Counted from the stretch's first letter, positions 24,682 through 41,491 are shown. The stretch: DNA of 64,000 bases from Eledone cirrhosa (GCA_964016885.1 OZ024742.1:118606001-118670000), one strand, 5' to 3'. The notes: generated by a model not told the origin, from the sequence alone. Made by a program: numbers and translations.

Positions 24682-24767
24682 TGTTTCTACCCGCGGAGGT
24701 TTCATTCGCTTTTTGGAAATATCCGATCATGGATAAATCAACGAGTTTCGAAATCATCAGGAAACAA
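24682..24767 (-). ncRNA. Type I hammerhead ribozyme-like motif
   Basis: TGTTTC-CTGATGA-tTTCG...CGAAt-GAAA-CC tccgcg GG-TA-GAAACA. Confidence 0.6.
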
Positions 24768-25053
24768 ACTTTAGCCTCGTTTAATTGATTTTTTGTGTGG
24801 TTGATTATGCTGATTGGGAGAGGAAATACTGTATATATTTTATCAAGTGATTCTATGGACTTACTTTCTTATATATTGCTCTGATTGTTGATTATTTAAT
24901 TAATTAATTCGTCATTGAGCCACACCTTGAATGGTTGCCAAAAACATATATATATATGGCTCTGTCTAGTTTATGTATATGTAAACCTATATATTTTATA
25001 TATATATATATATATATAATATAAGATCAAAAGATGGTTAAAGGAGTTCCAAG

Positions 25054-25124
25054 TATTTTATTATGCGCATTTCAAAAACAAATATCATCATGGGATGATA
25101 TCTGCGTTCTCATCAGATAAAATA
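25054..25124 (-). ncRNA. Type I hammerhead ribozyme within an ~80 bp inverted repeat (25017-25097 / 25186-25266)
   Basis: TATTTTAT-CTGATGA-16 bp stem II-GAAA-TGCGCA-TA-ATAAAATA, with palindromic stem III ATGCGCAT. Confidence 0.8.
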
Positions 25125-25352
25125 GGGAGACATGATATGAAGCTTAAAAAACACTTGTGAGCAGTGAAGTTTTAAATCAACATATATCCCATGATGATAT
25201 TTGTTTTTGAAATGCGCATAATAAAATACTTGGAACTCTTTTAACCATCTTTTGATCTTATATTATTTATACTCCAGTCCTACAAACTGTAGAGTGCTAC
25301 TTATCCGATATTTTCATTGCTTTATTGTGGTACAATAAAACTCACCTCCTAC

Positions 25353-25495
<143 letters not shown>

Positions 25496-25587
25496 CAAAG
25501 AGGGTGTGGTAAGATACCAGGTGGACCATAACGCACCAGAGTACCAGAGTACTTAGGGTAGTAGAGTGGGTAATAGGAAAAGAGTCG

Positions 25588-25645
25588 GGACCCCGACGGC
25601 TGAACTCCGCCGTTTCGACAGCTAGATCCGAAAACGGATCTAGCT
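25588..25645 (-). ncRNA. 3' half of a hammerhead ribozyme (CUGANGA missing)
   Basis: AGCTAGATCCG tttt CGGATCTAGCT-gtc-GAAA-CGGC ggagttca GCCG-TC, truncated by a microsatellite. Confidence 0.5.
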
Positions 25646-25649
25646 ATAT

Positions 25650-25682
<33 letters not shown>

Positions 25683-27437
25683 CTACGAAATTTATATACA
25701 TTGACCAGTTCACGCGCGCACGCTTACTCACATATCCACTCTCTCACAGCAGCCAGCCTCTCACGCCCATCCTTCAAGCATACGAACACACCTAAATGCG
25801 CGCGCGCATACGCACACACACACTCTCTCACATGCACGCATACACACATGTCCACCCGGCATATACAGTGATTACCTCCCTTCCTAAACCAATCTAACGC
25901 GTAAGATACCCGTCGACAAGCAAAACTCCAAAATAGCTGACTGAATATGCACGTGTTTTTTTTTCCCATGTTTTTCTCATTTTTCCTGTTTCTTCTTCTC
26001 ACTGTTTATTGGGCGTTTTTGTTTTTACCCCCGCCCCTCCTTTTTTTCTTCTTTTTTTTTCTCTTTTATGCATTTATATTTGTGTTTATCAACGATGGAT
26101 TGACAGTATCGATAGAGAGTCGGACAGCAAAGAGTTACGGCCCTTTATGATCTGAGTTCAAATCCCGCCGAGGTTAACTTTGCCTTTCATCCTTACGGGG
26201 TCGATAAAATAAAGTACCAGTAATGTACTGAGATAATTGCTGGCCTTGTGCCAAAAGTAGAAACAATTATATTTGTAATGTTATTTTAAACATTTATAAT
26301 GTTATTTACCCAAATTAATTGTCTTTTATTTCTAACTCTATTTTCTGTGTCCGAACGGTTAAGACTCTGTTCCTGCTATTTCAAGCGTTAAACTAATGTA
26401 TTTCTTTAATGTACTGTGTAGATGCTTTGTTACTTCTGTTTACTTTTTACATACATCTTTAATCAGACATAGATGTTCTGACTATACATAAGAAATTATT
26501 AATTTAAATAATATATAATAATAACATTATAGATAAAAGAAATAGAAATATAATAATACTATTTCTATCACAATGCAGTTGTAACCTAAGCAAACATGAA
26601 AGAACAGCCGAACTGTCATCGCCTCCATCTCTCTGGACCTCCCTATCTCTCCGTATGGTGAACAAATGGGGTCCCACGTGCTGGCCTCCCCACAGCCCCG
26701 GCGGACAGAATGGAGAAGGCGTTGTCAATACTCATCTTTTTCCATTTCTTAGAGGGTTCTAAACCCATTATGAGATTCTTTATATATATATGAGTAAGTA
26801 TGTTTTGAAACAGCAAGCGAGTTTGAAATTAGAAATAGAAGCTTTCGCAGTATGTTATATATATATGGGTTGAGGAAGGCGAGACTGTGTGGTTACTAAT
26901 AACGAGTATTAGAAGGTAAGGGGAATTAAACAAGAGACCCAATACTAGACTGGTACTTTTTTATTGACCCCGAATGGATGAAAGACAAAGTTGACCTTGG
27001 TGGGGTTTGAACTCAGAGAGCTGAAACGAATACTGCAAAGCATTCTATCCGACGTTCTAACGACTCTGTCAATTTGCTGCCTATTATTATCGTATAATAT
27101 TGGACAGAGATTCCTTTTTTATGGTGGTGAGATATGGTATATGGTGGTGGTGGTGGTGGTGATGATGGTGGCGGCGGCGGTGGTGGTGGTGGTTTTGAGA
27201 GGTTTTGTGTCAATAACGATGACGGATTGATTGATATTTATTCACTATTACACAAGTGAAAATTATAGAACAATGTTTATTTCTCTATAAGTCTACGATT
27301 TATTATATCTTTATTTTTATTTTTCATTTACAGGTATACTCGTTCGAGGACTTTTAAATCGTAAAAGACAACGCCTTCTTCATTGTCGACAATCGATATA
27401 TAAAAAATTTACCAATTTTGATGATCCCCAGTCTTCA

Positions 27438-27786
27438 ATGGACGACGTTAAAGTACAATCGGGTGACAACACTTCAGAAACTCTTAGTATACAAAGAAGC
27501 GTTTCATACGCTGAGGCCATCAATGAAATCAGCTTTAACATTTCTGATCAAACTTCCACTAATGGAAGTGTCTTTACTATTTCCAATGATATTAGTGGTC
27601 CGAAATCAAACCCTGGGTCAACAAGATCCATTCCTTCAACTACGGTACGGTCGACTGATTGCTTGGTTGACGAGCAAAGAGATTCGTGGGACAACAAAGT
27701 TCAGTATTTATTAGCTGCCATCGGTTTAGCTGTCGGTTTAGGTAATGTCTGGAGGTTTCCTTACCTAGCTCAAAAAAATGGAGGTG
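27438..27786 (+). CDS. SLC6 Na+-dependent neutral amino-acid transporter (SLC6A15/17/19-like), coding exon 1
   Basis: [36 protein letters not shown] is the SLC6 TM1 signature. GTAAG donor at 27787 (phase 1). Acceptor AG at 27332-27333 upstream of the ATG. Confidence 0.92.
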
Positions 27787-28230
27787 GTAAGTTTTCGTAA
27801 TTTCTAAAATGCTCTTTTAAATTATTAAATAGTTCTTTATATTCCATGATTCGTACATTTGTTAGTACCCACAAAATTTCATGTAACGACCAAATATGTG
27901 GAATGTTGTGTGTATATGATCAATTTACATATATAAAGACAAAAACAATGATAGTATTGTTTATATTATTGCTATGTAAATGTTTTATAAAGCACTTATA
28001 ACCCTGTTAAGTTTAACAGTGTAGGAATTACGTAACGAACTGGATCCTTGAGTCACTGCTTGTCTTTAGTTTTCGAGTATTTATTCAAGGCGGTAGTGGG
28101 TTCCTTTTTAGGGATATTATGCTAATTTCGGGATCATGGATAAATTTCAATTTTTCACCAATAACAAAATAAGTATAATACGCTTCGTTATACAAATGAG
28201 GAAATAGTTTTATAATACTAATGAGGAAAT

Positions 28231-28500
28231 AAGCGAAGGTGCATGGCCTAGTGCTTGGGATGTTGGTTGTACGATTGTAATGCCGTCGGTACGATTCTTG
28301 GGTTGGGTTATATTTTGTATTCTTGAGCAAAACCCTTCATTTCACTTTGCTCTAGTTTACTCAGCTGAAAATTAGCACCAATAGTTGCTGGGAGTTCAAC
28401 CCTGTGATGGACTGGCATCCAGTCTTGTACTGTCAATCGCTAAACACCACGGAAATTGAGATAACCACCAACCTAACAAGTCTTTGGGTTTGAGACAGAC
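28231..28500 (+). mobile_element. Second tRNA-type SINE family (copies at about 57480-57810 - and 62715-62860 -)
   Basis: TGGCCTAGTG A-box-like sequence and conserved TCTTGAGCAAAAC..TTTCACTTTGCTCTAGTTTACTCAGCTG core. Confidence 0.6.
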
Positions 28501-28803
28501 TTAAGACTTTTAAAATGAGAAAACGCTAATGTCCAATCCTTCCATTTGAAACTAGTTTGGATGACCACAGTGTGTTGGTGTAAATATCTTAATGAAAATC
28601 TATTTAAATGTTATTAAATCAGCCGGGATACAACAAGGGTCATTTTTTGTTCATTAATATAATTATATATCTGGCTAAATGACAAGTTTAAAAAGTTATT
28701 TCAAAATTAATGTTCTTATATAGTTTTGATTCTCTACCCCATTTTCTTCTTTTTTTTTCATATAGAGAATGTAACAAAATTATATTATTTTATTTCATTG
28801 CAG

Positions 28804-29093
28804 GTGCCTTTATAGTTCCCTATGTTCTAATGTTGTTTATTGAAGGTCTTCCAATATTCTTTTTGGAAGTCGCTATCGGTCAACGCATGCGTAAAGGCCC
28901 CGTCGCTACATGGGGTCAAATTTCTCCATATTTAACAGGTATTGGATATTCGTGTGTAATGGTGTCCTTCCTGGTTAGTATTTACTACAATACAATTATA
29001 TCATGGTGCCTCTATTATTTAGTTATGAGCTTTCGTTCGGAACTACGGTGGTCAAGCTGTCCAAATGACACTAGAACTTCAAACGAATGTAAC
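28804..29093 (+). CDS. SLC6 transporter coding exon 2
   Basis: CAG acceptor; GAFIVPYVLMLFIEGLPIFFLEVAIGQRMRKGP..IYYNTIISWCLYY..WSSCP; GTAAG donor. Phases fit (1 in, 0 out). Confidence 0.95.
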
Positions 29094-29419
29094 GTAAGTT
29101 TTTTCTTCTCTCCTTTATTTGTATTTTACTTTCTTTGTTTGTAAATATTTCATGAGATTGTTTTTTAAAGTATAAGAAAGAATTTTTTTTTATTTGAGTC
29201 TTAACGAAGCTCTGTCCTAAACTTATAAAATCCCATTTCTTTATTCTCTTGTACTAGAAAACCAATACAGCGTGAGTCATATATAAATAATGAAAGATCA
29301 GTGGATTAGATCTACAACTGAAAATGGTTAGCAGCCAACTAAATCATGTTCAGGTTTTGCTCACTTGAGTTACTACTAAAGATTTTTGAAAGATTATGTA
29401 TTTTGTAAGCGGTTTGCAT

Positions 29420-29990
29420 CGTTATCACTACCAACATGTTAATGCCCTAGTAACATTATCACCTAATAACATTATTACTGCAAACACATTAATGTCTTAG
29501 TAACATTATCACCACAAACATTGTTATGGTAAGATTATCATTGCCAAGACACTAATGTCCAGGTAGTCTGAGTTCAAATCCCGCCGAGGATAACTTTGCC
29601 TTTCATCCTTACGGGGTCGATAAAATAAAGTACCAGTAATGTACTGGGTAATTGCTGGCCTTGTGTCTAAAGTAGAAACAATTATCACTACCAGCATTTT
29701 AATGTCCTGGCAACATTATTTCTACCAGCATGTTAGTGTCCTAGCAACATTAGCACTACCAACATATTAATGTCCTAGTAACAGTATTTCTACCAGCATA
29801 GTAATGTCCTAGTAACAGTATTTCTACCAGCATATTAACGCCCTAACAACATTATTTCTACCAGCGTGTTAATGCCCAATCAACATTATCATTACTAGAA
29901 TATTAACGTCCTAGCATGATTATAACTACCAACGTGTTACATCTTAGCAACATTATTACTAGTAAACAAATAATATTCTAGCAACATTTA
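29420..29990. repeat. ~33-34 bp minisatellite interrupted by a SINE fragment
   Basis: Unit resembles AACATTATCACTACCAACATGTTAATGTCCTAGT. Confidence 0.8.
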
Positions 29991-30849
29991 AGGGTGTTAG
30001 ATTGGCAGAATTTGTGCACCGTCGTATAAAGTATTTGTGCTGGCTCTTTACATTCTGAGATCAAATCTCGCTGAAGTCAACTTTGCTTTTTATGCTACCG
30101 GGATCGATAAAATAAAATACCAACTATGTACTGGGTTTAATCAACTTTACCCTTCACCCAAATTTGCTTTCTTTGAGCCTAAATTAGAAATCAATATTCT
30201 AACATCTGCAGATAATTTGAACAACCATCTAACTGCCATTTTTTGTTGACCTTCAATTATATAGCAAAACGGGAAAAAGAGGTAAGCAAGTCCTGATGTT
30301 ATTTTAAATAACAATAAAACTGGTTGGTTCGATGTCCATCCCAAGTTGCCAAAAGAATTCTTGTGGTCCAAATTTCACAAGACTAATTCACAGCGTGACT
30401 CAACATGTACGGATATGATTCCGTATTTGCATATTCTTTACTAGTAAAGGCACGATAGAACAGGGATGTTATATGGTACAGCATTTAACCTTCTGAAACA
30501 GTTCGTTGCATCAAGGAGATATTTTAACAAAATATTCCATTCACAATTATAAAATTATGATCACAGATATTTTTCAAAGTATAGAATTTTCGGTGAAGAA
30601 ATTAGTTTTCGCGTTGAGGTTTTCACAAAAATTACTACAATTGGTAAGAAGACACTTGTAAATAAGATGTATCTGATAACTTTGTGATATATACATAGAG
30701 AAAAATAAAGAAAATATTTTTTTCGTTACGAAAAGATATTTTTCTTTGATAATGAGGCTACCTATATGTTTGTCGTATATAATCATATTATTATCACCAT
30801 CACGTCGAGTTTCCTCGGACAACGTTGATAACTACACTTATTCACTTGT

Positions 30850-31990
30850 CCCTATCTCGCATGGCTTCCACGAGTTCATTCTTTCTAAGATTCAAACCCG
30901 CTCCAGAAACATAGCTTGAGACTGACCTCTTTTTCTTCTACCATATGTGGGTTATCATAACAGTAGCTGGTGTAATGCGCCTCCCTGATCTCTTCGCCAT
31001 GCGTGACCTATAAGACTTAGACATCTAGCCTTTATGACGTCTGTAATCGGTCTCAGGTTGACGTATAAAGACTCGTTTGATCTGTGCTCCCTCCAAGATG
31101 AATTTTGCACTTTCCTCCACTCCAGATACAAGCTAGCTTTCAACTGTTGATCGAAAGAATTTAACCTTTAGTTTGGTGTTCAAGTTTGATTTCCAAATGG
31201 TATCCATTTGTTTGCAACTGTCCAGGCTAAGTTAATTCTAGTGTTCATGTCTTTTGCTGAACCAAGATACCTAAAATCCTCAACTCTTTTTAGGTAATTT
31301 CCATTTTGTGACACAATATCACCCTCTTTCTGTTTGTAGATAATATATTCCGTTTTCTCATTTATGTGAAGTCCAAGTGTTTCAGCAGCCCATTCCACCG
31401 TCTCTAGCAACATCTGTGCTTTTTCGCAGGCGTTTGATAAGAGTGCGATATGAACTGCAAAATCAACATCAATTATTATTTCAGGGTGTCTAGTACTGCG
31501 TCAAGTATGTAGCGTGAATCTTGTTTGATGTGCATAATATGTAGCTTGTCTCATTACATAGTCGAGTATAAATATGAAGAGGAACGGAGCTAGTGTATCT
31601 CCTTGAAGAACACTCAATTTCAATTTGAAGAAGTTCATTTCACCATTAGGGGACAGTACTTTTGCTTCCGTACCATCGTAGAGAATACCTATTGCTGTCA
31701 CAATTTGCAACGGATCTCTATACGCTTCATTTACTTGTTTGACTTTACCACGATGAATGGAATTGAAAGAGTTACTAAAATCAATGAATGTGATAACAGC
31801 TGGAAGGTTCTTTGCTTTTACTCCTTCGAGGAATTTTCTAAGAGTTAGAATTTTCCCCAGCGTTGATCTATTTGAACGAATCCATTTTGGTTCATGCGAA
31901 GAATTGGTTCTAAATGAAGTTTAATTCTAAAGAGTAGCATTTTGTTGTAGATTTTAGTTGATATTACTGTGAGACTAAATCCACAATCAT
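30850..31990 (-). mobile_element. Decayed RTE-clade LINE RT fragment, intronic
   Basis: VLQGDTLAPFLFIFILDYVMR, AETLGLHINEKTEY, VEDFRYLGS and LIGHAWR motifs. Confidence 0.85.
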
Positions 31991-32019
31991 TTTTTATATA
32001 AACATATAGTTTATATATA

Positions 32020-32302
32020 GGCGGCGAATTGGCAGAGTCGTTAGAACGTCGGATAGAATGCTTTATGCTATTCGTTCTGGCTCTCTGAGTTCAAATCCCG
32101 CCTTTCATTTTTTCGAGGTCGATAAAAAAAGTACCAGTCTAGTACTGGCGTCGATTCTTCCTTTCTCTTTCTCATTTCCTCTCTCTTACTTTCTATCTGT
32201 CTTTGAAAGAAATCTGCTGTACTCCTGGAGAGGGATGGACTCCGCCAGGCTTAAAATGCCCAAGAAACGCCGTATGTCAATACAGTGCCCCTACGACTCT
32301 CT
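32020..32302 (+). mobile_element. SINE, same subfamily as 14508-14880
   Basis: Shared head, core and tail. Confidence 0.75.
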
Positions 32303-32342
<40 letters not shown>

Positions 32343-32364
32343 CTTTCAATCTTTTTCGTTACAG

Positions 32365-32526
32365 CTAGCTGGACCGACAGCGTACTTTTGGTACAGATCA
32401 ACTTTAGATGTCTCCGCGTCTATTGAAGAATCTGGGTCATTGCAAATACACATAGAATTGTGTCTGTTCTTCGCTTGGTTAATAGTATTTTTGTGCATGA
32501 TTAAAGGAATATCTTCTTCTGGGAAG
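32365..32526 (+). CDS. SLC6 transporter coding exon 3
   Basis: ACAG acceptor; LAGPTAYFWYRSTLDVSASIEESGSLQIHIELCLFFAWLIVFLCMIKGISSSGK; GTGAG donor. 162 nt, phase 0. Confidence 0.95.
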
Positions 32527-32577
32527 GTGAGTTTTAAGTCAATGCATTACCGATACATAGGTGTTGTTTTTTTAGGC

Positions 32578-32623
<46 letters not shown>

Positions 32624-32665
32624 CATAAGCATGTATATGCAGATGTAAATTTATAAATATGCGTT

Positions 32666-32719
<54 letters not shown>

Positions 32720-32911
32720 TTTATGTTGTGGGGTTCACCAATGGATAGAACTGACCATTCCATTTAGTTAATCATGATGTAATAGTAGGAAAAGCACTCT
32801 ACGTTACGCAAATCATCCATCGTTGATATTGAATTCCGTAGCTGGTGCAAGAATGGAGTTAAATATTTATTTACTTAAAACAACAGGAGACCGAACTAGG
32901 GATATTCTTTG

Positions 32912-33218
32912 AAAGTTTTATTGTTGCAAAAACACTTTATATATTTCAATGGCCTGGTTACGTAAGAACCTGGTGACATCATCAAGTGCGTTTTACATAA
33001 TTAGTTAATTAATAAAAGGAATTACGGCAAACACAAACAGAGGACAGAGAATATATTTGATTCGGGGACGGCTCGCGAATTTGGTGTTATTGTTTGCAGT
33101 AGAACAATTCATTTTATTTATGAACTAATTATACAATCCGCACCTGATGATCTGGTCAGGGTCTTACGTAACTTGGCCATTTAGATATATATAGTGTTTT
33201 TTACAACAATAAAACTTC
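32912..33218. mobile_element. Diverged inverted repeat carrying two decayed copies of a type I HHR (Penelope/retrozyme-type remnant)
   Basis: The + arm has CGCAC-CTGATGA-..TGGTCA..TGGCCA..-ATATATA-GTGT. The - arm has TTGATGA..GAAA-TATATA. Confidence 0.6.
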
Positions 33219-33241
33219 TCCTGTTTTAAATATATATATAT

Positions 33242-33303
33242 AACTAGAACTTCAAATATTAGCTTTTAAAAATGATTAAAAGGTAATATTTGAAGTTCTA
33301 GTT
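33242..33303. repeat. Hairpin-forming inverted repeat (~26 bp arms)
   Basis: AACTAGAACTTCAAATATTAgCTTTTAA / TTAAAAGgTAATATTTGAAGTTCTAGTT. Confidence 0.85.
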
Positions 33304-33418
33304 TAAACTTTAATTAGATACCTACCTAGCTGTGTATGCTTACACACTTTACAAATTATCCCCTGTGATTGTTTCATGTGTTTATTTTAGATATATATAT
33401 GTCAATCCATTTCTGGTA

Positions 33419-33463
<45 letters not shown>

Positions 33464-33466
33464 ATG

Positions 33467-33535
<69 letters not shown>

Positions 33536-33538
33536 ATG

Positions 33539-33574
<36 letters not shown>

Positions 33575-33587
33575 TATATGTATGTAA

Positions 33588-33633
<46 letters not shown>

Positions 33634-33636
33634 GTA

Positions 33637-33667
<31 letters not shown>

Positions 33668-33682
33668 ATATATGTATATATG

Positions 33683-33713
<31 letters not shown>

Positions 33714-33716
33714 GTG

Positions 33717-33799
<83 letters not shown>

Positions 33800-33850
33800 A
33801 TATCTGTATATATGTATATATATATATGTATATATATATATATGTGTGTA

Positions 33851-33908
<58 letters not shown>

Positions 33909-34210
33909 TCGTTTCTGAATTTGTTTAGCAAGATTCTTTATCTGAAAACGTGTGTTGAAACCGATATTGTTATACTTTGGGAAGGTCATGTTGCCAATAA
34001 GCAACACACGCACCAGTTGCTTTAACTTCAATTTATTATAATGAATTTATAAATTTAGGAATTTATAAATTTCCGGTTGGTTGGTTGGTTCCACAACCAG
34101 ATGGTTGTTTATATATTGTCAAAGTTCTTTCGTCACACATTCTGTGACCTCTTCAGTGACTGGGGATTCTTTTCTTTGTTTTTTGTGCCTCTCCTACGCC
34201 ATCTTGTTTT

Positions 34211-34214
<4 letters not shown>
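33909..34214 (-). mobile_element. Solo Penelope pLTR 3' fragment (same family as 22291-23845)
   Basis: Near-identical to the reverse complement of about 23530-23845, with the same terminus, inside (TA)n. Confidence 0.9.
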
Positions 34215-34287
<73 letters not shown>

Positions 34288-34292
34288 GTATA

Positions 34293-34403
<111 letters not shown>

Positions 34404-34410
34404 GTATATA

Positions 34411-34494
<84 letters not shown>

Positions 34495-34519
34495 GATATG
34501 TATATATATAATATATATG

Positions 34520-35400
<881 letters not shown>

Positions 35401-35401
35401 C

Positions 35402-35484
<83 letters not shown>

Positions 35485-35490
35485 CATATG

Positions 35491-35523
<33 letters not shown>

Positions 35524-35606
35524 GTATATATATGTATATATATGTATATATATATGTATATATATATATATATGTGTATATATGTATATATATGTATATA
35601 TAAATG

Positions 35607-35748
<142 letters not shown>

Positions 35749-35862
35749 TGTGTATATATATATATATGTATATATATATGTATATATATATATATATGTG
35801 TATATATATATATATGTATATATATATGTATATATATATGTATATATATACATATATATATG

Positions 35863-35923
<61 letters not shown>

Positions 35924-35946
35924 GTATATATATACATATATATATG

Positions 35947-36007
<61 letters not shown>

Positions 36008-36024
36008 GTATATATATACATATA

Positions 36025-36066
<42 letters not shown>

Positions 36067-36146
36067 GAAAGATTTGAATGGATACAGCATTACAACACAA
36101 CGGAAAATACTGTATATATATGTATATATATATATATGTATATATA

Positions 36147-36198
<52 letters not shown>

Positions 36199-36234
36199 AA
36201 TATATATATATGTATATATATATATGTGTGTGTG

Positions 36235-36265
<31 letters not shown>

Positions 36266-36266
36266 G

Positions 36267-36299
<33 letters not shown>

Positions 36300-36314
36300 A
36301 AATATGTGTGTGTG

Positions 36315-36395
<81 letters not shown>

Positions 36396-36481
36396 GTGTA
36401 TATATATATATATGTATATATATATGTATATGTATATAGTTATGTATATATATGTATATAGTTATGTATATATATATATGC

Positions 36482-36593
<112 letters not shown>

Positions 36594-36662
36594 GCATATA
36601 TATATATACATAACTATATACATATATATACATAACTATATACATATACATATATATATACA

Positions 36663-36768
<106 letters not shown>

Positions 36769-36769
36769 C

Positions 36770-36828
<59 letters not shown>

Positions 36829-36885
36829 CGCATATATATATATACATAACTATATACATATATATACATAACTATATACATATAC

Positions 36886-37183
<298 letters not shown>

Positions 37184-37214
37184 GTGTATATATATATATA
37201 TGTATATATATGTG

Positions 37215-37250
<36 letters not shown>

Positions 37251-37254
37251 TGTG

Positions 37255-37291
<37 letters not shown>

Positions 37292-37398
37292 GTATATATA
37301 TATGTATATGTATATATATGTATATATATGTATATATATATATATGTATATATATGTATATATATGTATATATATATATATGTATATATATATGTATA

Positions 37399-37445
<47 letters not shown>

Positions 37446-37456
37446 GTATATATATG

Positions 37457-37488
<32 letters not shown>

Positions 37489-37537
37489 GATATGTATATA
37501 TATATATGTATATATATATGTATATATATATATGTAT

Positions 37538-37704
<167 letters not shown>

Positions 37705-37705
37705 C

Positions 37706-37827
<122 letters not shown>

Positions 37828-37828
37828 G

Positions 37829-37879
<51 letters not shown>

Positions 37880-37880
37880 G

Positions 37881-37967
<87 letters not shown>

Positions 37968-38140
37968 GTATATGTATATAGTTATGTATATATATGTATA
38001 TAGTTATGTATATATATATGTGTATATATATATATATATGTATGTATATATATATATGTGTATATATATATATGTATGTATATATATGTATATATATATA
38101 TGTGTATATATATATATATATGTATGTATATATATATATG

Positions 38141-38207
<67 letters not shown>

Positions 38208-38363
38208 ATGTATATGTATATATATATATATATACATATATATACATATATATATATATATATGTATATATATGTATATATATGTATATATATATACATA
38301 TATATACATATATATACATATATATATATATATATGTATATATATGTATATATATATATACAT

Positions 38364-38445
<82 letters not shown>

Positions 38446-38464
38446 GTATATATATATATGTGTA

Positions 38465-38495
<31 letters not shown>

Positions 38496-38524
38496 ATGTA
38501 TATGTATATATATATATATATACA

Positions 38525-38562
<38 letters not shown>

Positions 38563-38653
38563 TGTATATATATGTATATATATATACATATATATACATA
38601 TATATACATATATATATATATATATGTATATATATGTATATATATATATACAT

Positions 38654-38762
<109 letters not shown>

Positions 38763-38877
38763 CATATATATATATACATACATATATATATATATATATA
38801 TACACATATATATATATACATACATATATATATATATATATACACATATATATATATACATAACTATATACATATAC

Positions 38878-38935
<58 letters not shown>

Positions 38936-39098
38936 GATGAAGGACTCACTTTTTCATATATATATATATATGTATATATATATGTATATATATGTATATA
39001 TATATTTATATATATGTATATATATATATGTATATATATATGTATATATATGTATATATATATATATGTATATATATAGATATGTATATATATATATG

Positions 39099-39145
<47 letters not shown>

Positions 39146-39186
39146 GTATATATATATGTATATATATATATATGTATATATATATG

Positions 39187-39221
<35 letters not shown>

Positions 39222-39222
39222 G

Positions 39223-39335
<113 letters not shown>

Positions 39336-39336
39336 T

Positions 39337-39401
<65 letters not shown>

Positions 39402-39482
39402 ATATATATATATACATGTGTGTGTATATATATATGTATATGTATATAGTTATGTATATATATGTATATAGTTATGTATATA

Positions 39483-39529
<47 letters not shown>

Positions 39530-39530
39530 G

Positions 39531-39629
<99 letters not shown>

Positions 39630-39858
39630 GTATATATATATGTATATATATGTATATGTATATATATGTATATATATGTATATATATATATATATATGTA
39701 TATATATGTATATATATGTATATATATGTATATATATATATATGTATATATATATGTATATATATATGTATATATATGTATATATATGTATATATATATA
39801 TATGTATATATATGTATATATATGTATATATATATATATATGTATATATATATGTATA

Positions 39859-39901
<43 letters not shown>

Positions 39902-39902
39902 G

Positions 39903-39955
<53 letters not shown>

Positions 39956-39966
39956 GTATATATATG

Positions 39967-39998
<32 letters not shown>

Positions 39999-40054
39999 GA
40001 TATGTATATATATATATATGTATATATATATATGTATATATATATATATGTATG

Positions 40055-40091
<37 letters not shown>

Positions 40092-40128
40092 GTGTGTGTA
40101 TATATATATATATATACATGTATATATA

Positions 40129-40298
<170 letters not shown>

Positions 40299-40299
40299 G

Positions 40300-40376
<77 letters not shown>

Positions 40377-40459
40377 ATATTATATATATATGTATATATA
40401 TATATAGATATGTATATATATATATATGTATATATATATGTATATATATATATATGTAT

Positions 40460-40537
<78 letters not shown>

Positions 40538-40542
40538 ATATA

Positions 40543-40637
<95 letters not shown>

Positions 40638-40639
40638 TA

Positions 40640-40696
<57 letters not shown>

Positions 40697-40703
40697 TTAT
40701 GTG

Positions 40704-40758
<55 letters not shown>

Positions 40759-40839
40759 ATATATATATATATATGTGTGTATATATATATGTATATGTAT
40801 ATAGTTATGTATATATATGTATATAGTTATGTATATATA

Positions 40840-40880
<41 letters not shown>

Positions 40881-40881
40881 G

Positions 40882-40976
<95 letters not shown>

Positions 40977-41025
40977 GTATATATATATGTATATATCTGT
41001 ATATGTATATATATGTATATATATG

Positions 41026-41056
<31 letters not shown>

Positions 41057-41169
41057 GTATATATATGTATATATATGTATATATATATATATGTATATAT
41101 ATATGTATATATATATGTATATATATGTATATATATGTATATATATATATATATGTATATATATGTATA

Positions 41170-41254
<85 letters not shown>

Positions 41255-41255
41255 G

Positions 41256-41308
<53 letters not shown>

Positions 41309-41319
41309 GTATATATATG

Positions 41320-41351
<32 letters not shown>

Positions 41352-41407
41352 GATATGTATATATATATATATATGTATATATATATGTATATATATATAT
41401 ATGTATG

Positions 41408-41486
<79 letters not shown>

Positions 41487-41491
41487 ATATA

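Noticed and set aside
26570-26760. GC-rich patch with HDV-ribozyme-like fragments (CCCACGT loop, CAGAATGGAG end)
   Set aside because: P1, P1.1 and P2 could not be assembled in the required order.
29420-29990. Regularly spaced ~33 bp repeats resembling a CRISPR array
   Set aside because: Contiguous degenerate tandem units with no unique spacers, in a eukaryotic intron. This is a minisatellite.
36064-36113. 50 bp unique island in the satellite translating as [14 protein letters not shown], vaguely like a GIY-YIG tail or a mini-exon
   Set aside because: Too short to assign, and it does not match the expected next SLC6 exon.
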